Shown here piece by piece: positions 40,320-48,985 of a DNA stretch of 64,000 bases. This DNA comes from an uncultured bacterium (lineage in GTDB: Bacteria > Patescibacteriota > Minisyncoccia > UBA6257 > GWB1-50-10). Location of the stretch: the NCBI GenBank assembly GCA_963722655.1, contig CAVRNT010000002.1, positions 7,461-71,460 on the forward strand, in the 5' to 3' direction. Under the pieces are notes generated by a model, which made no database searches, was not told where the DNA came from, and saw only the letters and a list, made by a program, of their open reading frames with translations. Numbering within the stretch: position 1 is the first letter of the stretch; each line of letters begins with the position of its first letter. Position numbers and translations under genes: made by a program.

Positions 40320-40816
40320 AGATCAAGACCAAGGCAAAGATCGGCCGCGAATATCGCGTCTTGGCCATCGCGGTCGTTTTCTTTGCCGTCGGCCTTTTTT
40401 TCTTTATCAAGGACCAAACGATACCGGCGCCGCAGACTAAGCCGACGGCCGCGCCAACATTGAGCGTCGCTTCGCCCCAGGGGGCAAGTTTCCCCGATCC
40501 GACATTCGCCAAATATCCTGCGCCATCCAATTTCGAAAAATTCACCTATGAGAATGGAGAGATCGACGGCGCGAGCAGCTTGAGCGTCTCTGCGACCTGC
40601 AATGGCCAATACGTCGCCATCCTGATATATCCCGGGAACTTCGATTACCGGTTGGATGTGAGCCGGTCCGTTTACAACAAATCGTTCCCTTGCGACACCG
40701 GAAAAACCTTCAATCACATCATCGAAGCAGCGGACCTTTCAACCCTCCAGCCGGGAAGTTATTACCTGATGACGGCTGACCAGGGAGCGAGCGGCCCGTG
40801 GTATAATCCTAAGTAG
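40316..40816 (+). CDS. Membrane-anchored protein, paralog of the C-terminal domain of 31445..32965
   Basis: TM; shared C...Y..IL...DY..D....V.NKS..C...G.YYL..ADQG..GPW. Confidence 0.8.
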   Translation: MKIKTKAKIGREYRVLAIAVVFFAVGLFFFIKDQTIPAPQTKPTAAPTLSVASPQGASFPDPTFAKYPAPSNFEKFTYENGEIDGASSLSVSATCNGQYVAILIYPGNFDYRLDVSRSVYNKSFPCDTGKTFNHIIEAADLSTLQPGSYYLMTADQGASGPWYNPK

Positions 40817-40817
40817 C

Positions 40818-41252
40818 ATGGCGGTAAGGAAGAACAATAAAAGAGTTTTCGTCATCCCGGCTGTCCTTGGCTGCTTAATTATCGCGGCCGCCTTCGTTTG
40901 GCTGAACCTCGAGCCAATAAAGCTCTATCTGGAATCCAACAACCCCTTGAGCGCTAACTGGGCCGCCATCCAGTTGAACGACGGCGAGATCCTTTACGGC
41001 CACCTCGCGGGCGTCACGGACGCGACGATCGGCCTGCGGGATGTCTATTCGCTCCAGAAGTTCACGCCGGCGGAGACTGTAAGCGTCGCGGCCACCTCGA
41101 CCGGCCTTGCTCTTTCCCAGACCCCGGATATCGTGCCACCCGCGAAGCTCATCCCGATCCAGATGTCCGGCGACCTCTTCATTGACCGCCATTCCGTGCT
41201 CTATTTCAGTTTCATTTCGCCCGACAACCCCGTCGTCCCGTATCTCCAATAA
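40818..41252 (+). CDS. Membrane-anchored protein with Sm/LSm-like beta domain
   Basis: TM; WAAIQLNDGEILYG.L...L.DVY...LFI.R.SVLY. Confidence 0.65.
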   Translation: MAVRKNNKRVFVIPAVLGCLIIAAAFVWLNLEPIKLYLESNNPLSANWAAIQLNDGEILYGHLAGVTDATIGLRDVYSLQKFTPAETVSVAATSTGLALSQTPDIVPPAKLIPIQMSGDLFIDRHSVLYFSFISPDNPVVPYLQ

Positions 41253-41254
41253 AA

Positions 41255-42589
41255 ATGCTCAAGGGAGGGTCCGCTATCTCGCTGGCCGCTTTAATCCTCG
41301 CGCTCGCCGCCTTGCCGTCGGCGCGGGCTTTTAATTCTACATCGACCGATTTCTTCCTGCGCGGTGACGTCCAAAGCATCGGCGGGCGGACGACCTCCAC
41401 CGATTTCATTATCTTTAACAACGGTGCGGTGGATGCCCTGAATCTCGCGACCTCGACGGATTTCCAGCTCATCCCGGGCCTCATCCGCGCCCTTTTCCAG
41501 TCGCCCGCGCCGACCTACACGCTCATACATTATCATTTCCGTTTTGACAACGGCACGGAGCAGACGGCGAGTTCCGCGACGAATGGGATTGAAGATGTTG
41601 CCCTCACGAACTGGGCACAGAGCACGAGCACGCGACTCCGGGTGGAGATCTCGAACACCGGCGGGACCATCATCAACTACACCTCACAACAGTTCCGCAT
41701 CGAATACGGGCTCTTGAGTTCCTCCTGCGCGTCCTCGTCCTATTCCGCTGTAACGAGCACGGGCGCCTGGACGATGTTCAATTCGGGCAATTTGAACGAC
41801 GCCTCGGACACCACGAACATCGCGGTATCGACGGGCGGCGTTTTGGACACCAACCATACCTTCCTCACGCCGAACGGGGGAGTGCGAGATTCTTCGAACC
41901 AGACGGGCGCGCTTTCATTACCATTACCGAGCGATTCTTTCGCGGAACTGGAATACGACATCCAGGCGGTCGCGAGCTCTACCCCCGGCGCCACTTACTG
42001 TTTCCGGGTCACGAACGCCGGTAGCGCGACAAGCTTCGCTTATTCCCAATATCCCCAGATAACCTTGGTGGGCGGCGCCCAGTCCATCTCGCTCGTCATC
42101 TCCACAACGACCGTGAACTTGCCGGGCCTCGCTCCGGGGACGCCCATCACGGGAACCTCGACCGCGACGGTCACATTGACTGGCGGCACTCATGGCTACA
42201 GTTTGCAGATTCAAAGGAACTCGTCCACCTCCACGCTCTCGTCCTCCACCACTCCGTTCCCGGATTACGCCTCCTGGAATCCATCAAGCACCAACTGCAC
42301 ATCGGGAGAGGGGAACGCCACGACGACCCCCGGGAAGACATTTGCCCTCCGCGTTCAGCAGACGGGCACGACGGCGAACTACTGCTCTTTCTGGTGGGGA
42401 GCGAGCGACGCAAGCGGCACCGCCCTTTACGCCGGGGTGCCGACGAGCACCGTGACGATCGTTAACGCCACCTCAACGAACAACGGCACCTCCACCTCGA
42501 CCATTCTTTACCGGGCCGACGTGCCTTCAACCCAAAAAGCCACGAATTATACCGGATTAGTGACCATCACCGTCCTGGCCAACCCGTGA
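41255..42589 (+). CDS. Secreted multi-domain protein ending in a pilin/WxL-like domain
   Basis: Signal peptide; C-terminal domain homologous to 42633..43292. Confidence 0.75.
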   Translation: MLKGGSAISLAALILALAALPSARAFNSTSTDFFLRGDVQSIGGRTTSTDFIIFNNGAVDALNLATSTDFQLIPGLIRALFQSPAPTYTLIHYHFRFDNGTEQTASSATNGIEDVALTNWAQSTSTRLRVEISNTGGTIINYTSQQFRIEYGLLSSSCASSSYSAVTSTGAWTMFNSGNLNDASDTTNIAVSTGGVLDTNHTFLTPNGGVRDSSNQTGALSLPLPSDSFAELEYDIQAVASSTPGATYCFRVTNAGSATSFAYSQYPQITLVGGAQSISLVISTTTVNLPGLAPGTPITGTSTATVTLTGGTHGYSLQIQRNSSTSTLSSSTTPFPDYASWNPSSTNCTSGEGNATTTPGKTFALRVQQTGTTANYCSFWWGASDASGTALYAGVPTSTVTIVNATSTNNGTSTSTILYRADVPSTQKATNYTGLVTITVLANP

Positions 42590-42632
42590 TATCCACAGCT
42601 ATAGTCAAAACCGGTATGTTATAATAGTGTCA

Positions 42633-43292
42633 ATGAGGAAGGCAATAAAAACGCTCTCTTTCGAAGGTTATGTCGTGGCAATATCGGTCGCGGTCTTCAC
42701 GGCGGTGGCTCTTTTTGCCGCTATTCCATCGCTCGTACCCCAGGTTTTCGCGAGCACGTCCACGTCAACGGGCCAGACGATAAATTTGACGGTGAATCAG
42801 ACGATCACGCTCACCGTCCCGGCCGCGGTCAGCATGACGGCCCTCACGCCGGGCAACAACACGCCGAGTATCTCGACGACGACCGCGGTCGTTTCGACGA
42901 ACGCATCGAACGGCTGGAACTTGCAAATCAATCGCAATTCCTCTACCTCGACTCTTGCCTCGTCGACCATAAATTTCCCGGACTACACTTCCTGGAACGG
43001 GAGCAGTAATGCGGCTACATCTTCCGTCGTCGCACAGACCTTCGCCTTCCGCGTCTACCAGACCGGGACGACCGGAGGTATCTACAACACCACCTGGTGG
43101 GGGACGAACGACACGGACCCGAACGCTAAATTCGGCGGCGTGCCGACGGGTGCAACTACAATGGCGAGTACGAGCACCTACAGCGGTTCATCTCAAACCG
43201 TCGTCTTCGGTTTCCGGGCCGACGCACCGGCCACCCAAGCCGCCACGAACTACACCGGCAACATCACCGTGACCGCGATCGCCCTTCCGTAA
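42633..43292 (+). CDS. Secreted single-domain pilin/WxL-like subunit
   Basis: Signal peptide ending VFA; GWNLQI; NYTGNITVTA terminal strand; own TGTTATAAT promoter. Confidence 0.75.
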   Translation: MRKAIKTLSFEGYVVAISVAVFTAVALFAAIPSLVPQVFASTSTSTGQTINLTVNQTITLTVPAAVSMTALTPGNNTPSISTTTAVVSTNASNGWNLQINRNSSTSTLASSTINFPDYTSWNGSSNAATSSVVAQTFAFRVYQTGTTGGIYNTTWWGTNDTDPNAKFGGVPTGATTMASTSTYSGSSQTVVFGFRADAPATQAATNYTGNITVTAIALP

Positions 43293-43332
43293 AGCGCTTG
43301 CCGGCCAAGGGCTGAGCTGTATAATAAGGGGG

Positions 43333-44238
43333 ATGGTCAATAAACGATTCAGATTTTTCTTCGCTATTACCGCCATTACGGTAATATTTTTATCTCCGGT
43401 CTTAGCCAACGCCCAGGTCGGGATCTCGCTCTTCCCAATCAAGTTCGATGTTACGGTCGCGCCGGGGCAGACCTACTCCGACACCGTTACCGTCATCAAC
43501 CCCAACGATTTCCCGATCGGCGTCCAGCCAGAGGTGGAGAACATCGCGGGCGGCAATCAGGGCTCCATCGACCTCGTTGACACAGACATCCCGCACGGCC
43601 TTTCGGCTTGGATCCAGATCGACCGAACCCAGTTCACCTTGGCCCCGCAGGAAAGACGACAGGTGTCGTTCTCTATCGTGGTCCCGGAAAACGGCGAGCC
43701 CGGAGGCCACTACGGCGCTATTCTCTTTAGAGGCGTAACGGTCGCGGGGAATCCCGCCGCGACCGGCGTCGGTATTTCCGGCCGAGTCGGTTCGGTGATC
43801 CTCGTGAACGTCCCAGGCGCCTCTTACGCCACCGGCAATTTGGCCGACTTCGCCGGTCCTAGTTCCTACGTCTCCCACGGCCCGGTGAACTTCTCCTTTA
43901 CCGTCAACAACACCGGCAACACCCATTTCAGCCCCCAAGGCCAAATCACATTGAACGGCCCCTTATTGGGGACCATCCAAATACCCTTTGATTCTGGCAT
44001 CATTTTCCCTGGTTACAACCGCGTTTTCACAGCCTCCTGGCCAAACCGGTACGGTTTCGGCCCGCTCACGGCTACCCTTTCGGTCCAGATCCCGGGGAGC
44101 GGGACAGTGACAAAAACGCTTCATTTCTTCATGTTCCCGTGGCAGGAAGCCTTCGGCATACTGGTAATTCTGCTCGTCCTGATCTTCTCCTTCCGGGGCG
44201 TCAAGAAGAACTTCCGGATAGTCCGCGTTCAGAGGTAA
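43333..44238 (+). CDS. DUF916/WxL-interacting or pilus-chaperone-like protein with C-terminal TM
   Basis: ISLFP.K....V.PG.....VTV.N, L.AWI, L.PQE...V.F.I.VP...PGGHYGAI, V.NTGN.H..P.G. Confidence 0.75.
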   Translation: MVNKRFRFFFAITAITVIFLSPVLANAQVGISLFPIKFDVTVAPGQTYSDTVTVINPNDFPIGVQPEVENIAGGNQGSIDLVDTDIPHGLSAWIQIDRTQFTLAPQERRQVSFSIVVPENGEPGGHYGAILFRGVTVAGNPAATGVGISGRVGSVILVNVPGASYATGNLADFAGPSSYVSHGPVNFSFTVNNTGNTHFSPQGQITLNGPLLGTIQIPFDSGIIFPGYNRVFTASWPNRYGFGPLTATLSVQIPGSGTVTKTLHFFMFPWQEAFGILVILLVLIFSFRGVKKNFRIVRVQR

Positions 44239-44239
44239 C

Positions 44240-45439
44240 GTGAAAAATGTCATCTTCTGGTCAGCGCTCATCTCCTTAACGGCCTTTTGCCTGCCGGCGG
44301 CCGAAGCCCAGGTCATCCCGCCCGCGAGCGGCACGACCGCGGTCTCCATTACGGTCATCTTCCCACCGGCGGCTCCAAGCGATCTCTCGGCCTCGGCCAT
44401 CTCGAACTCGCAGATAAATTTGGCCTGGACGGACAACTCCAATAACGAAACCGGCTTCAGCATCGAGGAGGCGGTCGGCAACGATTCCATCTTCACGCCG
44501 ATCGATTCCGTCGGACCGAACGTCACGACCTATTCACGAACCGGGCTCCTCGCGAGCACGGACTATTTTTATCGAATTCGGGCCTATAACATTGCCGGTC
44601 CGAGCAACTACTCGAACGAGGCTTCGACGACAACGCCCGCCGCGCCCGTGACTCCTCCTCCGCCTCCGCCACCGACGGGTGGAGGCGGAGGAGGCGGAGG
44701 AAGTTATTCACCTTTGCCTAATGCCGGCACCGCGGTTAGTTTTGCCGGCCACGCGTTCCCCAAGACGCAGGTGACGCTTCTCAAGGATGCTCAGGTCGTC
44801 GCGAGCACCGTCGCGAGCGACGACGCGAGTTTTCAGATGTCCCTTTCCGGACTTTCCGCCGGCAACTACATCTTCTCGCTCTACGGCACTGATGCTTACG
44901 GCAACCGCTCCGCCCTCCGCACCTTCCCCTTGAGCGTTACGAGCGGGGCGAGCACCAACGTGAGCGGCATCTTCATCGCGCCCACGCTCACGACCGATAA
45001 GAGCACGGTGAAACAGGGAGACCCGATCACCTTCTTCGGTCAGACCGTCCCCGCTGGCGTCGTCACGATCGCCGTGAATTCAAGCGGCGGTTTTTACGTG
45101 ACGACGACTGCCGATCAATCAGGTGAATACCTCAAGGAATTCGACACGACCCCGTTGGATTTCGGTCAGCACACGGCCTATGCCCGCACATCCGCCATGA
45201 ACCTCGTGACGGACAACAGCAGCGTCATCGGCTTCAATGTCGGCACGACGAACGTCAAGAACAACCCCAAGGCCTCTAAGGGCGACCTGAACGGCGACAA
45301 CCGAGTGAACATCGTGGATTTCTCCATAATGGCCTACTGGTACGGCAAAAAGAATCCACCGAAGAGCATAGACATTGGCGGCTTCGGTGTCGTTGACCTT
45401 CGGGATTTCAGCATTCTCGCATACAATTGGACAGGCTAA
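44240..45439 (+). CDS. Secreted FN3 + Ig-like + C-terminal dockerin protein
   Basis: PAAPSDL...INLAWTDNS.NE.GF...Y.YRIRAYN; P/G linker; GDLNGDNRVNIVDFSI...VDLRDFSIL. Confidence 0.85.
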   Translation: MKNVIFWSALISLTAFCLPAAEAQVIPPASGTTAVSITVIFPPAAPSDLSASAISNSQINLAWTDNSNNETGFSIEEAVGNDSIFTPIDSVGPNVTTYSRTGLLASTDYFYRIRAYNIAGPSNYSNEASTTTPAAPVTPPPPPPPTGGGGGGGGSYSPLPNAGTAVSFAGHAFPKTQVTLLKDAQVVASTVASDDASFQMSLSGLSAGNYIFSLYGTDAYGNRSALRTFPLSVTSGASTNVSGIFIAPTLTTDKSTVKQGDPITFFGQTVPAGVVTIAVNSSGGFYVTTTADQSGEYLKEFDTTPLDFGQHTAYARTSAMNLVTDNSSVIGFNVGTTNVKNNPKASKGDLNGDNRVNIVDFSIMAYWYGKKNPPKSIDIGGFGVVDLRDFSILAYNWTG

Positions 45440-45443
45440 ATCA

Positions 45444-46355
45444 ATGAAGAAATACCTTTTAATGATAATCTTGTTCTCGCTGGCTTTGACCTCCAAAGCC
45501 GCCTCGTTAAGCTTAGAAACGCCGAACCCAATCGTTCCTCTGGGCACACCCTTTGCGGTGACCGTCTATTTGGACCCCCAAGGCCAGAGCGTGAACGCCT
45601 TGGAGGGTAACTTGACCTTTCCAAACGACAAACTCCAATTGGAGAACGTCTACGGCAGCGATTCCATCGTGAGCCTTTGGATCGAACGCCCGCATGAGGC
45701 GGTTTCCGGCACGATCGCCTGGAGCGGGATAATGCCCGGCGGTTTCGGCGGCGTATTGGAACCGAATGAGGCCCAACCCACTCCGGGCCAAGTGGCCGTC
45801 GCGGTCTTCAAGCCGCTCCAGATCGGAACCGCCACCATCGGTTTCGGAAATGTCTCGGTGCTCTTAAACGATGGTCGAGGGACGCCGGCCACCGTCACGA
45901 TGAGCACCCTCACCGTCTCCGTCGCTGCCTCAAGCTCGACGGCCGGAGCGGCCTTGCCTACCGCGCTCATCGGTGACAATGTTCCGCCGGAACCCTTCCA
46001 AATCAACCTAAGTCGTTCTCCCAACCTCTTTAATGACCAATGGTTCATCGCCTTCGTCGCCCACGACAAAGGGACAGGTGTTGCTTCCTACGACGTCTTG
46101 GAATCGAGAACGCCGGTCGTCGACTTCAGCAGTGCTGCCTGGCAACCGGTAATAAATCCGTATGTCTTAAAAGATCAATCTCTAGCGAGCTATGTTTACG
46201 TGAGAGCGACGGACTACGCCGGGAACTCCCGCCTCGCCTCTTTGCCGCCGACGCGCCAGAACGCATTGTCACCAGTCCTGACCTATCTGTTAGTTATAAT
46301 AATAGGAGCGGCATCTTTCATCCTATGGCTGACTTTAAGAAAGAGAAAAAACTGA
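45444..46355 (+). CDS. Cohesin-domain protein with C-terminal TM anchor
   Basis: F.VTVYLD..G.SVNA.EG.L.FP...L...S..SLW...V.LNDG.GT; TM plus basic tail. Confidence 0.8.
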   Translation: MKKYLLMIILFSLALTSKAASLSLETPNPIVPLGTPFAVTVYLDPQGQSVNALEGNLTFPNDKLQLENVYGSDSIVSLWIERPHEAVSGTIAWSGIMPGGFGGVLEPNEAQPTPGQVAVAVFKPLQIGTATIGFGNVSVLLNDGRGTPATVTMSTLTVSVAASSSTAGAALPTALIGDNVPPEPFQINLSRSPNLFNDQWFIAFVAHDKGTGVASYDVLESRTPVVDFSSAAWQPVINPYVLKDQSLASYVYVRATDYAGNSRLASLPPTRQNALSPVLTYLLVIIIGAASFILWLTLRKRKN

Positions 46356-48079
46356 AATTCGTTTGCCTGACCGCCGTTGTCGCGGCGGTCTTCCTCGTCT
46401 TTCCGACGGCCCGGGCCGCCGGCGCCTCTTTCACCTTTTCGGCCCAGACCGGCTCTTATGAGGTCGGCGATGCTATCCCGATTACGGTCTATATCCAGAG
46501 TCCGGGTCAATCCATCAATGCCGTCTCCGGCGCGATCTCCTTCCCGAGTGACAAATTGGCGGTCACCTCCATATCGCAGAGCGGTTCCATCGTTAACCTC
46601 TGGGTTCAAAACCCGAGCTATTCCAACGGTGCCGGTACGGCTAACTTCCAAGGAGTGGTTCTGAATCCGGGTTTCGTTGGTTCCAACGGAACGATCATTA
46701 CCATCAATTTCAAGGCGATTGCCCCAGGCGTCGCTCTCGTTTCTTTCACTTCCGGTTCCATTCTCGCGAACGACGGCCAGGGCACGAACATCCTGGACCC
46801 GGACGGATTGCCTTCCGATCAATACGCCATCAACGTACTGGGAACGACTAGCAACGGTCTGACGAGCACTCCGAACAGCGCGAATGGACCGCTTGCGACC
46901 GTGATTTCATCACCGACCCATCCCGACCCGACGAAGTGGTATTCCGAGAACGATGCAAAGTTCGTTTGGACAGTCCCCGACGGCGTTGACGCCGTGCGCT
47001 TGCTCTACAACAAATACTCCAACTCGACACCGACCGTGCTCTACCAACCGCCGATCAGCGAAAAGGAACTCACGGGGCTAGACGACGGCGTCTGGTATTT
47101 CCACATCCAGTTCCATGACGCGAGTGGCTGGGGGAACATCGCCCATTTCAAATTCCAAGTAGACACGACGCCACCTAATCCGTTCCAAATCGGTTTCGTG
47201 TCCAGCGCCGATCCAACAGACCCACGACCGACTGCCATTTTGAATGCCACCGACGCGCTTTCTGGTATCGCTTATTACAAGATAAAGATTGATGACCAGA
47301 ATTTCATAACAGTTTCGGCCAGCCAAGCACAAAGCGGCCCCTATCAGCTACCAGTCCAAGCGAGCGGCGCCCACAACATTTTGGTCCAGGTCTTTGACCA
47401 AGCTGGCAATTATCAAACCGCTATCGGGCAGTTCACCGTCGCGCCGATCGATCCTCCGATGATTGTGAACTACACCACCCAATTCCGGTCCGGCGAGTAT
47501 CTGGTCGTCAAGGGCACGACCTACCCGAACGCCACCGTGACCGTCCACCTCGAAGGGAGCGGCGTTCTACCGAAGAGCTGGACGGGCGTAAGCGACAGCT
47601 CCGGTGCCTTTACGGTCACCGGTGACGGCGCGATCGACGCAGGCGCTTACAAGATGTACGCCACCGTGACCGACAGCCGGGGCGCTCAAAGCCCGCCGAC
47701 CCAGCAGTACGACGTTGCGGTCGCGCCGAGCACTTTCCTCGGCATCGGCAACTACGCCATCAGCTTAATCGCCATAGTGATCTCGCTCATCATCGTTCTG
47801 CTCGTAGTCGGGGCGTTCCTGCTCGGTCCCGGGCGGGTCCACGCAATCAGAAAAGGTGTGACCTTGGAGACGAAGACGGCCGAGCGCGACGTGGAACGCG
47901 CCTTCAACTCCTTGCGACAGGATATTAAGACCCACGTCCGCTTCTTGGAGAAGGTGAAATCGATGCGCGACCTGACGAAAGAGGAAGGAATGATCTTAAA
48001 GCAGCTCAAGGACGATCTGGAACGCTCGGAGAAGTCCATCGAGAGCGACCTCGAGAAGATCGAAAAACAGCTGAAATAA
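46325..48079 (+). CDS. Cohesin + Ig-like repeats + TM + cytoplasmic coiled coil
   Basis: SINAVSG.I.FP...S.VNLW...ILANDG.GT; SPTHPD..KWY; ATG at 46325 gives a signal peptide. Confidence 0.8.
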   Translation: MADFKKEKKLKFVCLTAVVAAVFLVFPTARAAGASFTFSAQTGSYEVGDAIPITVYIQSPGQSINAVSGAISFPSDKLAVTSISQSGSIVNLWVQNPSYSNGAGTANFQGVVLNPGFVGSNGTIITINFKAIAPGVALVSFTSGSILANDGQGTNILDPDGLPSDQYAINVLGTTSNGLTSTPNSANGPLATVISSPTHPDPTKWYSENDAKFVWTVPDGVDAVRLLYNKYSNSTPTVLYQPPISEKELTGLDDGVWYFHIQFHDASGWGNIAHFKFQVDTTPPNPFQIGFVSSADPTDPRPTAILNATDALSGIAYYKIKIDDQNFITVSASQAQSGPYQLPVQASGAHNILVQVFDQAGNYQTAIGQFTVAPIDPPMIVNYTTQFRSGEYLVVKGTTYPNATVTVHLEGSGVLPKSWTGVSDSSGAFTVTGDGAIDAGAYKMYATVTDSRGAQSPPTQQYDVAVAPSTFLGIGNYAISLIAIVISLIIVLLVVGAFLLGPGRVHAIRKGVTLETKTAERDVERAFNSLRQDIKTHVRFLEKVKSMRDLTKEEGMILKQLKDDLERSEKSIESDLEKIEKQLK

Positions 48080-48116
48080 GGCGGCGCAGCGGCGCCCAAT
48101 CGGGTATAATGATATT

Positions 48117-48596
48117 ATGAAACATTTTAAATTTTTACCGTTCCTGACGGCCGAGGCGCACTGCGACGTGCCCTGCGGCATCTATGACCCGACGCCGGCG
48201 AAGATCGCCGCGAAGACCGTCGCCAGAATGGTCGACCAAATAGCGGACATCCATCCGCCGCAGGATTGGAACGACGCCGCGGCGGCTTCGGCTTACGTCC
48301 AAAGTATCGCCCGACGCGTGGCCGTGAAGGAGGAGCACGCCCAGATCTGTAAGAAGGAGCTTTCTGTTCTTTGGTCCGATTTCTTCAAGCCGGAGCATCT
48401 CGTGAAGTACCCGAACCTGCACAATTTGTTCTGGAAAGCGGCCAAACTCTGTTCCAAGGACAAGCAGACGATCAGCAAGGAGGATGCCGTCGCCCTCGTC
48501 GGCGCCGTGGATGAAATCGCCCGGGTCTTTTACGAAGTGAAGGGCGATCCGAAGAGATACGAGGCCTATAAGGAAATCACCGACAAGCTATACTAA
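48117..48596 (+). CDS. sodN: Nickel superoxide dismutase precursor
   Basis: Ni-hook HCDVPCGIYDP after a 14-aa leader; KEEHA, LWSDFFKP. Confidence 0.95.
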   Translation: MKHFKFLPFLTAEAHCDVPCGIYDPTPAKIAAKTVARMVDQIADIHPPQDWNDAAAASAYVQSIARRVAVKEEHAQICKKELSVLWSDFFKPEHLVKYPNLHNLFWKAAKLCSKDKQTISKEDAVALVGAVDEIARVFYEVKGDPKRYEAYKEITDKLY

Positions 48597-48601
48597 AACT
48601 T

Positions 48602-48633
48602 GGAGGTTGAACCTCCCAGGAGGTTCAACCTCC
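48602..48633. repeat. Nested palindrome (REP-like doublet)
   Basis: GGAGGTTGAACCTCC-CA-GGAGGTTCAACCTCC: perfect 15-bp inverted repeat whose arms are themselves palindromic. Confidence 0.7.
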
Positions 48634-48640
48634 TGATTTT

Positions 48641-48910
48641 ATGAGGCCGTTCATCTTCAAGGTTCAGGTCAGCGGCGAGAGCCTCTGGCCCGAACTCGTG
48701 CCCGGCCGCATCTACTGGGCGACCGGCCTTTTGGCCCCCAAAGCGGGGGATTATGCCGTCTTTCGAAGTCCCGACGAACCGGGTAAGTTCGTCGTGAAGA
48801 AGGTGAAAAGCGTCCAGGACGGGCTTTATGAGCTCGTCGGGACCGTTCCGTGGTCTTCGTCATACAAAGTGCCAAAAAGCCAGATTTTAGGCCGTCTTTT
48901 GGGCGTTTAG
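48641..48910 (+). CDS. sodX: NiSOD maturation peptidase (S26-like)
   Basis: V.G.SL.P.L, GD..VF..P, VVK; directly after sodN. Confidence 0.8.
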   Translation: MRPFIFKVQVSGESLWPELVPGRIYWATGLLAPKAGDYAVFRSPDEPGKFVVKKVKSVQDGLYELVGTVPWSSSYKVPKSQILGRLLGV

Positions 48911-48985
48911 CGGCTTGTTTTTGGAGGCCCGATTTGGTATAATTACATCAAGAAAAGGAGCCGAACGGCTATTTTTTTGCCCCGT

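Noticed and set aside
31258-48079. Surface cluster as an island integrated in tRNA-Leu
   Set aside because: No integrase, no convincing duplicated tRNA 3' end seen, and most genes have core-like composition
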